Below are positions 54,145 through 64,000 of a DNA stretch of 64,000 nt, piece by piece. How positions within the stretch are numbered: position 1 is the stretch's first letter; each line of letters begins with the position of its first letter. The translations under genes were made by a program, and so were the position numbers. This stretch comes from Octopus sinensis (Eukaryota), in NCBI RefSeq assembly GCF_006345805.1, contig NC_043000.1:58032001-58096000 (forward strand), in the 5' to 3' direction. The notes under the pieces were generated by a model that worked only from the letters and a program-made list of their open reading frames with translations, had not been told where the DNA came from and searched no databases.

Positions 54145-55444
54145 TGAGGTGGCAACAAAATGTTCCTGGACTAGTTATGTTTAATAAAAATACTTTATTT
54201 ACCTAGGTTTTGAAATCATCTCCTTTCAAAAATTGTCACCTTGTACAGCAATACAATGGTCCCAGTGTTCTTACCACTTTTAGAATCTGGCTTGGAAGTC
54301 GTTTTCTGTAAGCAAGTTGATGACTTTCTGTGATTCACTGTGGATCTTGACAACGACGACCTTTGACCTGTATTTTCATCTTAGGTGAAGAGGGCAGGAG
54401 TGGAAGTGATGTCGTATTGTTTTTGGTGAGAAACTCACGAGTGAGGAGAGCTCGGTGACAGTGTGCATTGTCATTGTGAAGAATTCAATTCATCGTGCTC
54501 CACAGATCCGGTTGCTTTCATTGAATGTCCTCCCTCAAACTGATTAGAATGTCACAGTAGAACTCTTGATTGATGGTCTGGCCCTGGGTGACGAATTTTG
54601 GATGCACAATACCACATTTCCAGGGGTGACACTTCTGGCAGGTCTTCCAGATCACTCTCTTTTTACTCTTTTACTCTTTTACTTGTTTCAGTCATTTGAC
54701 TGTTGCCATGCTGGAGCACCACCTTTAGTCGAGCAAATCGACCCCAGGACTTATTCTTTGTAAGCCTAGTACTTATTCTATTGGTTTCTTTTGCCAAACC
54801 ACTAAGTTACAGGGACGTAAACACACCAGCATCGGTTGTCAAGCAATGTTGGAGGGACACAGGCACACAAACATTTACACACACACATACACATATATAT
54901 ATACACATATACAATGGGCTTCTTTCAGTTTCCGTCTACTAAATCCACTCACAAGGCTTTGGTCGGCCCGAGGCTATAGTAGAAGACACTTGCCCAAGGT
55001 GCCATGCAGTGGGACTGAACCTGGAACCATGTGATTCTTAAGCAAGCTACTTGCCACACAGCCACTCCTACGCCTATTCATTGTCTTCCAAGAATGTTCC
55101 ACTTTTGAAGTGCCTGTGACACTCAAAACATTGCATACGATGACCCATTGCCTCATCGCTGTAAGCTTGCCAAAGCATGCTCAATGTCTCTGTAGCAGAC
55201 TTCCTGACTTTAACGCAAAATTTAAAGTTGGATCTTTGTTCCTGTACATGACAAAAATTGCAGACTACAGCATACACATGATCACAAAAACACAAATTTC
55301 TCAACTTACGATGTAAATGTAGTGATGTCACTTGGTACACTGCCTCATGATGGTAACCACTAGCTCTCACTATGCACACAATTGTGTGCTGCCATCTGTT
55401 GGTGCACTACAGAACTAGTCCAGAAACTTTTTGATACCACCTCA
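54145..55444 (-). mobile_element. Internally deleted mariner element with a nested SINE A (54655-55075)
   Basis: EQRSNFKFCVKVRKSATETLSMLWQAYSDEAM...RHFKSG..LEDNE|SGRP (mariner HTH, split by the SINE). GIVH..FVTQGQTINQEFYCDIL...LHNDNAHCHR. TIRs tgaggtggcaacaaaatgttcctggactagtt / aactagtccagaaactttttgataccacctca with TA flanks. Confidence 0.9.
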
Positions 55445-56150
55445 TACTATAGCCTTGGGTTGACAAAAGTCTTTGGAGTGAAATTTTGTAAATGAAAGTT
55501 GTATGGAAGGACATGGGATATAGATATTAGTTTGTTCATTTGATGACCATTTTACCATGGGTTTAGATAGAGATTCATTTGACAAAAAAATTTTCAGCCG
55601 GGAGCTTTTCTTGACTTCGGTCCTTACCTGTTTCTCGACTAAAGAATATGTTTATTTTGCAGGGGTTTTTTCAAAGTGTAAAGCAACCAGTCACAATGTC
55701 AATATTAAGACAATTTTACTCAAGCTGTAATGAGTGTGGAATGTGTTAGCATTGATGCACATTTGTGTGTGCATGTATGGACATATACACATAAATGCAC
55801 ACGCAAACACACAGAGACATTTATTTATATGTGACAAGCTTCCTGCAGTTTCCATTTATCAAATTTCCTCACAAGGTATTGGTCAGTCTGAGGTTATAGT
55901 ACAAGGCACTTCCCCATAATGCCATCCAGTGAGATTGAACCTGAAAGTATGCACTAATGCTTGTACCTCATATATATATATATTTATAAATATTCTAAAA
56001 AAAACTTATGGAATAATAATTATTCCAGGTTATCAGGATATTTACCATTTTACACTTTACTAATGCAAAGCAAACAGTATCAATTATAATATTATTACAA
56101 ATTTGGGATTTTACCAATAGGACCACAACTTCAATTTCAGGACAACCTTA

Positions 56151-56190
<40 letters not shown>

Positions 56191-56196
<6 letters not shown>

Positions 56197-56509
56197 ACCT
56201 TGTGTCTGGGGAGAGTCATTTTCTTTTTGTGCCTTATAATGTAACACACTCACCAGTAAAATTTTCACTTATTTCTTATTTTTATTTTCCTAAAATTTTC
56301 GTTGCGTCTTGCAACCTTTACAATAGTCTTGACTCTGTCCGTTATTTACACTGCGTTCCCTTTTGTTTGTTTGTGCACATGTGTGTGGGTCAGTGTGTGT
56401 GTGTGTATGTGCTTATACATGCATGCATGTACGTATGTACGTATGTGTGTGTGAGCATGTGTTTGTATATTTATAAGACACAAAAAGAAAATGACTCTCC
56501 CCAGACACA
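56191..56509. repeat. 39-bp inverted repeat pair enclosing a degenerate hammerhead-like motif (Penelope-like relic)
   Basis: tgtgtctggggagagtcattttctttttgtgccttataa vs ttataagacacaaaaagaaaatgactctccccagacaca. Minus GTTGC-aagac-GCAAC-GAAAATTTTA at 56291-56315. Confidence 0.75.
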
Positions 56510-56913
56510 ATAGAATATGCTTCAACACACAAACTCATATAAAGAATCTTGCAAACCAAATCCAAAAACGAAATATACTTTACCTGTTATTAGTCTGTGG
56601 GGAAAGAAGATAATATTAATCAATGCTACACATGTTTCTGCCCTGGTGGTTTGTTTTACCAGGCTATACCTAATACATAAATCCACCAGTGCATCCTCAG
56701 GCTATTTTCCTCTTTTTATTATTATTAACAGATCCAACTTAATCCTAGAAATTCTAAGATATCTTCATTAAAAATAAGAATAAAAATAAATATATATATA
56801 TAAAACTTCCTAATATATTTTTACAAAATTTTAAAAGATTTAAAAATTAGAAAATTAAAAATTTTTAAAATTCATTAAAATTTAATAAAATTAAACACCT
56901 AAAACTACAATAG

Positions 56914-56955
<42 letters not shown>

Positions 56956-57059
56956 CTAAACATTAAAGAAACCCTCTTTGACTATTTTATAAACACATCA
57001 AATTAAACTGCCTATCTATAAAAACTTTACAGGAATATAAAATAAAAAAATCATATTAG

Positions 57060-57450
57060 CTTCATTTCTTTCAAGCCTACACATGTCTTCAGCAGTCATG
57101 GCCCATCTTTCACTGTTGTGTAGCATGTCTATTTGCATACATGCATCATACAGTCTACCTTTCACTCTGAGTGAGAGGCTCTTTGTTACCAGCAGAGGTA
57201 GGAGCTTTCTGAACTTTGCCCTGGCTATTCTTATTTTAGTAGCAATGCTCTCATAACCCCCCCCCCACTACAGACTTGGTCACCTAGGTAACAGAAGCTA
57301 TCAACTACTTCTAGTTTCTTCCTTCCTCTGACATGTGATGGAATCTGTTTTCTGAACATCTTCAATATTTATTACCCCTGTGCATCTTCCACACACAAAA
57401 ACTATCATCCCAGTTTACCTTCCTTTGATATAGCTGCACCTTTTAGGTGT
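57060..57450 (-). mobile_element. RTE RT fragment
   Basis: ESIATKIRIARAKFRKLLPLLVTKSLSLRVKGRLYDACMQIDMLHNSERWAMTAEDM. Confidence 0.8.
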
Positions 57451-57463
57451 CTATAGCTTACAC

Positions 57464-58183
57464 TTGGTACATCTTATGGAGTTTCTATCTACCCCTTTTC
57501 TACAGATCAAGCTGGGCCATCAACAAATTTCTAATCATTACTCTTCATTTAGGGATAGGTATAAACGTAACAGTAAAGGGCTTAATAAATTAATTTGGTA
57601 TCTAAAAGACCACAAGAAACAATTTAATTTAGATTGGTTGATTCTCTCAATTTTGATACCTTATAATAAAGGCAAGGAATTCTGTCTTCGCTGTAATTCT
57701 GAACTATTTTTTATTCTTTTTTCTAAAAATCTCCTTGTAAACATTGGCAGAAACACACCATTAGTTCATATAAGAGATATCTATCACTATATATAATTTA
57801 AACATTCATTTTCTTCTTACTTTTCAGATTCACTAGATATATTTTTTTCCAAGATTATAGAGTTTTATTTCATTTATATATCGTTATATGCTTCTCATTT
57901 ATTTGTTTTTTTCTTTCCTTTACCCCTCCTCTTTCTATAGGCTACCTTTGACATTATATCTTCTAACATTTTTTTAAAACAAACTTAATAGCGTTCAGTT
58001 AATCACTATATATATCCATCATATTCTGTTAAAATGTCTTATTAATGAGTTTCATTTCTTCATTTACCTGAAGAGAAGATTGTATTGTTTTATACCATTT
58101 TATTCCTTTGGAATAATACCAGTGATATCTTCGAAACATATGTCGGAAGTAAAAGAATTTGAATAACACCTGCGTTTACCTCC

Positions 58184-58185
<2 letters not shown>
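57464..58185 (+). mobile_element. Penelope-like element 3' part: GIY-YIG endonuclease C-terminus plus pLTR
   Basis: NHYSSFR...RNSKGLNKLIWYLKDHKKQFNLDWLIL...PYNKGKEFCLRCNSELFFI...LVN matches the PLE GIY-YIG C-terminal pattern (H..SF...LxKxIWxLKD...W.IL...PY....CxLCxxE). A hammerhead lies downstream. Confidence 0.8.
58061..58153 (+). ncRNA. Type I hammerhead ribozyme motif (PLE-associated)
   Basis: CTGAAGA 58068-74; stem II GAAGAT 58075-80 / ATCTTC 58127-32; GAAA 58133-36; palindromic stem III ACATATGT; GUC cleavage triplet ending at 58144; imperfect stem I. Confidence 0.75.
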
Positions 58186-58231
<46 letters not shown>

Positions 58232-58237
<6 letters not shown>

Positions 58238-58482
58238 GCGCCTTTTTAAAGCCTAACCAGGCTCATGGGCCCGGTTCCCCGGTTTCAATGGTGTATGTGT
58301 TCCCCAGCTGGACAGAACACCAGTCCATCGCAGCGTTACTCATTTTTGCCAGCTGAGTGGATTGGAGCAACAGGAAATGAAGTGTTTTGCACAAGAACAC
58401 AACACGTCGCCTGGTCCAGAAATCGAAACCACAATCTTATGATTATGATGTTGATACCCTAACCACTAAGTCAGGTGCCTCC
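58232..58482 (-). mobile_element. SINE family C
   Basis: Reverse complement of the ggcacctgacttagtggttaggg...ggtttcgatttctgg head. Homologous to 51660-51930 and 30468-30640. Confidence 0.8.
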
Positions 58483-58514
58483 ACACACACACACATATTT
58501 ATACACACATACAT

Positions 58515-58599
<85 letters not shown>

Positions 58600-59209
58600 G
58601 TATGTATATATATATATATGTCTGTGTATATATGTATATATGTATGTATACATATACATGTATGTGGAGATTATTGTTTACAAATCAAATAATGTATAAA
58701 GTTGAAACAAATAGTTGGCTATTTTGCTTTTTAATGATTTTTTTATGTTATCATATATTCATAGTATATTATGTTACATTATAACACAAATAAGTTATTG
58801 GATTGTCAATTGAATCTCTCTATTTAATTTATTGTTTATATAAATGTGTGTGTGTGTGTGTATGTACCCATGCCCGCATGGAAGACAGATGTTAAATGAT
58901 GATGATGATATATGTGTGTATTGATGGATGATGTATAGATGGCCTGAGAGGCAAGTCAATGCAGTCTGGTTAAATCTAATAAAAGTATATTATACTTAAC
59001 ATAATTTAGTGGTGTGGGATAAAGCAGCATTAATTGTTAGAGTGATTCTGATATACCCAAATAGCTACAAGTGACAAATGATGAAAATGATAAAGATCTA
59101 GTCTAAATATCTTGCATTTAGTTTCATATGTCGCATCCTATTGTCTAAAGGTCACTAAACCATATACTAAATTATTAATTAGTAACAGATATCATGAAAT
59201 TCCAGTGGC

Positions 59210-60190
59210 ATCTATGAAATTGATTTGTTCAACATCTATGTACAGAATAGGAAGAAAACTCAATGTTGTGTACTTAGTGCAAGCCAAAGCTAAGGAAGGT
59301 CATATGCAGTCTTTAAGAATGTTAAGTTTGACGCTATAAGCTTGGTTTTGCATAAAAAATTATCATTTTTGCCATGCAGAGAGTTTGCTCTAACTATTAG
59401 TGTAAAGAAAACTGAAATTTTGATTCAGGATGCTCCCTACTCTCCTTCCATTTCAAACAGTGGGTCTTCACCCAAAGTAGTAAACAACTTCAGATAAGTG
59501 GGCTCAGTCATAACCAGCAACTTGTCTCTAAATACTGAGATTAATATCAAATTTGAAAATACATCTACTGTGATAACTAAAAGAAAGAATCTGGGAAAAC
59601 AAAACCTTTACACTGACCACCAAGTTAAAGGTTTATCAAACTTGCATTATCAATACTCTCTGCCATGGTAATGAAACATAGATGATATATATAAAAAAGA
59701 AAAAGAGAAATTTATATGCTTATCACTTGAGAAGTCTTCACAAAATCTTGGGTATCACATAAAAAGACAAAATCACCAATAATGAAGTTCTTGACAGAAC
59801 AGGCTCTCAAATTACCAGTACAATGTTTAATGAACATTACCTGCTATAGGTTGGTCATGGGTTTGCATCCACAAAAATTACTGTATCATGAGTTTGAGTG
59901 TGGATTATGTCCAGCAGGCTCATCTGGCCCCCGTACTTTAGATACAACCACATGTGCAAAGGGGACCTCCAGCATACTTTGGATTAACCATGGGAGGACA
60001 TAATGTTAAATTCTTGATGTTGGAAACAGAAGGCAGGAGTAAAAAAGTGGAGAACAATTAAAATCAGTTTTAGGTATTAAAAAGACGAAGGTAGAAGACA
60101 TTGACTCCACATGACAACTTAGTCTTCATCAGTGGTGACTGTAATATGGACTACTACTCTTGAATTTGCCTGCATAGTCATTAGATACGA
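59210..60190 (+). mobile_element. Old RTE-BovB-like LINE remnant
   Basis: FALTISVKKTEILIQ...VGSVITSNLSLNTEIN...TKLKVYQTCIINTLCHGNET...RSLHKILGIT*KDKITNNEVL, with many stops and frameshifts. Confidence 0.8.
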
Positions 60191-60376
60191 TGTGCCTATA
60201 TAGTGCAAATATAATAAGGGAGGGGGGCATGGGGGAAGAAGAAGAGTGAGAAGAAAGAAAAGAAGAAATTTCCATCATCTCCTTTGATGGACAGAGGCAT
60301 GTTATATGTATGTTTGTGTGTGTGTGTGTGTGTGTACATAGATCTATCTACCTATTTTATACATACATACATATAT

Positions 60377-60410
<34 letters not shown>

Positions 60411-60480
60411 CATACATACATATATATATATATACATATATACATATATACATATTATCAATATACATATATATATGTAT

Positions 60481-61452
60481 GTGGAAGAGGTAGACCCAGG
60501 AAAACCTGGGTCGAGGTCGTGAAGCACGACCTTCGAACTTTAGGTCTCACCAAGGAAATGACCAGAGACCGAGACCTATGGAAGTATGCTGTGTGTGAGA
60601 AGACCCCGCAAGACCAGTGAGAACAGTCAAAATCAAAATCAAACCAAGTCAATTCATATATCAGAAAGCAGAACCAAATTGAGGTCGATCAACATCAGTG
60701 AGAATTGCAGCTGTGGTTAAGCGAACCATCCGATCGTGGTCGTTACCGGTGCCACCCCGTCTAGCCTCTGTGTCGGTGGCACATAAAAGCACCATCCGTT
60801 CGTGTCCATTGCCAGCCTCGTCTGGCCCCCGTGCCGGTGACACGTAAAAGCACCATCCGTTCGTGGCCGTTTGCCAGCTCTGTCTGGCCCCGTGTCGGTG
60901 GCACCTGAAAGCACCATCCGTTCGTGTCCGTTGCCAGCCTCGTCTGGCCCCCGTGCCGGTGGCACGTAAAAGAACCATCCGTTCGTGGCCATTTGCCAGC
61001 TCTGTCTGGCCCCGTGTCGGTGGCACGTGAAAGCACCATCCGTTCGTGTCCGTTGCCAGCCTCATCTGGCCCCCGTGCCGGTGACACGTAAAAGCACCAT
61101 CCGTTCGTGGCCATTTGCCAGCTCTGTCTGGCCCCCGTGTCAGTGGCACATAAAAGCACCATCTGTTTGTGTCCGTTGCCAGCCTCGCCTGGCCCCCGTG
61201 CCGGTGACACGTAAAAGCACCATCCGTTCGTGGCTGTTTGCCAGCTCTGTCTGGCACCTGTGCGGGTGGCACGTAAAAAGCACCCACTACACTCACAGAG
61301 TGGTTGGTGTTAGGAAGGGCATCCAGCCATAGAAACACTGCCAGATCTGACTGGGCCTGATGAAGCCTTCCAGCTTCACAGACCCCAGTTGAACCGTCCA
61401 ACCCATACTAGCATGGAAAACGGACGCTAAATGATGATGATGATGATGATGA
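60481..61452 (+). mobile_element. Young RTE 3' end with an expanded 3'UTR minisatellite (60774-61285)
   Basis: GRGRPRKTWVEVVKHDLRTLGLTKEMTRDRDLWKYAV. Nine ggtggcacgtaaaagcacc-type motifs at ~61-bp period. (GAT)n tail. (TA)n on both sides. Confidence 0.93.
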
Positions 61453-61488
61453 TATATATATATGTATATGTATATATATATATAACTG

Positions 61489-61557
<69 letters not shown>

Positions 61558-62384
61558 CAAATCATTAAATGATCAATTTGCATTTATATTTCTTACTTTA
61601 ATATTTATAATTACCTTTACACAATAAGTGTAATTACTTTTTCCTGCACATTTAAGAAAATTTTCTTTAATACAGTTTTATTATAATCCACTCAATTCAA
61701 TGCAACTTTCAAATATAAAAGAAAGGTTCCCTGCCTTTATAAACAATGGATATACAGAAAATATAGCTGAGTTTCTGGGCATAGTAATAGATATAAACCA
61801 GAACATCATATCTACTAAATTTAGAGAGAAACAACCATGAAATAAAGTCATTGAACTGCTCAGATGGACTCACTTTAAGTAGAAGATGGTGTCCATTACT
61901 TTGCTGGCTTAATTAGTGTTGAATGCGGTTTCTGTGGAGATATAGTGACTTGTGTAAGAAAGAATCAAAGAAGTGCAGAAAGCTTTTGTCTCTGTTCATA
62001 ACAAAGACTCTCTCCATGCAAAAGATAGCCTTTATGAAACGTGTGTGAGGTATGATGATGTGTGATAGTGAGATATGGATACTGAATAGGATAGGTTTTG
62101 TTGAGGTTGGAGAGAAGTGGTGATGTATGATCCATTGTATGTGTGACATTAACCTGCAAAAGAAAGCTGTTATATTCATGAATTAAAAGAGCAGCCAGGT
62201 ATTAAAAATCTTTGCTAATCTGTTCAGGAGAGATAATTTCCTTGCTATGGTTATGATGGTGATAATGATAATGACGTTGATAATGATATCCAATGGCATA
62301 GGCAAAAGGCAGCAAATTGACAGAATTATTAGGGAATCAGAGAAAATCCCAGTAGAACCTAATTCACTCCCTTACTTTATAGGC

Positions 62385-62765
62385 ACTGATGTGGTTGTAT
62401 GGTAGGAAGCTTGCTTCCCAGCCACATGGTTCTAGGTTCAGTCCCACTTTGTGGCATCTTGAGCAAGTGTCTTGAGAGTAGATTTGGTAGATGGAAACTG
62501 AAAGAAGCCTGTTGTTAGTGTGTGTGTGTATTTGTATGTGTCTTTGTGTCTGCATTTGCCCCACCACTCCCAGTTTGGCAACTAGTGTTGGTGTGTTTAC
62601 ATCCCAATAACTTAGTGGTTCAGCAAAAAGAGTCTAGTTGAATAAGTACCAGGTTTAAAATAAAAATAAGAACTGGTTTCGATTAATTTTACTAAAATTC
62701 TTCAAGGTAGTGCCCCAGCATGGTCGCAGTGTGATGACTGAAACAAGTAAAAGAAATAAAAGAAA
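62385..62765 (+). mobile_element. SINE family A
   Basis: Head ...ctaggttcagtcccac and tail gactgaaacaagtaaaagaa. Confidence 0.85.
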
Positions 62766-62875
62766 TAGTAGAAATGCCTTGGCAATGTTTCTTTTGGCCC
62801 TCATACACTGAGTTCACTTCAACAACCCTTTTATTCTCTTTGCCTTTTATTCATTCTTGATTGATAAATAATGTA

Positions 62876-63760
62876 CAGGGTGTCCCAAAAGTCACTAATG
62901 GGTTTCAATTTTTTATAACTTCCTTAACTTTACAAATAAATGCATGAAAATTTGATACACTATAAAGAACATAATGGAAATTAATATGCCTAAGTCAAAT
63001 TTTGCAACACCACTACATCACATATGAAAAATGACATTGCTTAAATGGCAGCCATTTTCGTCTTTGCATACCCGTGCTCTTTCCAAAACTTGCACCATAC
63101 ACCCTCAAGAGTTTCAGACCCCACTTCTCTGATTTATCTATTGATGTTCTTCTTCAGTTGCACCAGGGTCTCTGCTTTGTTGGTGTAAACCTTCTCTTTC
63201 AGGTATCCCTACAATAAAAAACCCAGGCTAGTCAAGTCTGGGGAACGTGAAGGCCATTCAGAGTAGACCTCACCCATGGTTCCAGCAAGGTGGGGCAAAT
63301 GTTCACATTGCAAGAGAAGCAAAGCAGTTGCTATGGCAGTGTTTTGGAGACAGAATAATCTCCCGCTATGACAATGTCAACTGGCCTTCAGGTTCCCCAG
63401 ACCTGATTAGCCTGGATTTTTTATTGTGGGGATGCCTGAAAAAGAGAGTTTATGTCAACAAACCAGAGGTCCTGGTGCAATTGAAGAACATCAATAGAGA
63501 AATCAGAGAAGTGGGGTCTGAAACTCTTGAGGGTGTTATGGTGCAAATTTGGGAAAGAGCACGGGTGTGCGAAGCTAAAAATGGCTGCCAATTAGGCGAT
63601 GTCATTTTTCATATGTGATGTAGTGGTGTTGCAAAATCTGACTTGTGCATATTAATTTCCATTGTGTTCTTTATATTGTATCAAAATTTCATGCATTTAT
63701 TTGTAAAGTTAAGGAAATTATTAAAAATTGAAACCCATTTGTGACTTTTGGGACATCCTG
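62876..63760. mobile_element. Fold-back derivative of a DD41D (rosa-like) Tc1/mariner element with ~370-bp inverted arms
   Basis: TA|cagggtgtcccaaaagtcac...gtgacttttgggacatcctg|TA. Plus-strand ORF WFQQGGANVH...WPSGSPDLISLDFLLWGCLK has 41 residues between the second catalytic position (D changed to G) and the third D. 62876-63246 is the reverse complement of 63392-63760. Confidence 0.9.
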
Positions 63761-64000
63761 TATAATATACCAGTTCAGGGTGGTATATTGTTGGAAATGT
63801 TAGACCATTGGATAGGAGGTCTTGTAGTATCTGCTCCAGTTTTGTGCATTCTGATTTCAAATCCCTTTTCCTGTCAAAGAAAACAGGTCCCTTGGGAACT
63901 ACTGGAAAAAATGATGAATGAATTGGAATATTCCTTAAGTAAGTTTTCAAGTATTCACCATACCACCACTCTCAATGGCAGCACACCATCTGGTAGGAGA

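Noticed and set aside
60661-61401. 246-aa repetitive ORF and CRISPR-like appearance of the 61-bp array
   Set aside because: Spacers are not unique (two alternating types), there are no cas genes and the DNA is eukaryotic. The ORF is antisense read-through of an RTE 3'UTR minisatellite.

Overview
Eukaryotic, very AT-rich, repeat-dominated animal DNA, most likely an octopus: the SINE families, RTE tails and TA/CA microsatellite load match what I recall of Octopus genomes. No protein-coding gene, rRNA, tRNA gene or CRISPR array can be supported with confidence. Nearly every track ORF is a microsatellite read-through or a transposon fragment. Recognisable content: three tRNA-derived SINE families (called A, B, C here), some in head-to-tail arrays; RTE, CR1/L2-group, R4/Dong and Penelope-like retroelements, the last with hammerhead-ribozyme motifs; Tc1/mariner elements (DD37D, DD41D, mariner), MITEs, and a probable solo LTR. 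Also present: a 100-N scaffold gap, an ~820 bp tandem duplication, several hairpin-forming inverted repeats, and a TE-poor, CpG-retaining block (~21-30.5 kb) with clustered minus-strand splice signals. Best leads: a near-canonical hammerhead ribozyme behind a Penelope GIY-YIG ORF plus about six other hammerhead-like relics; a fold-back DD41D element built from two 3' ends; an expanding stem-loop minisatellite in an RTE 3'UTR; a SINE/LINE shared 3' tail; and a Dong-like element inserted in SINE (ATT)n tails. Boundaries of degenerate repeats are approximate and family names come from motif recognition, not database searches.
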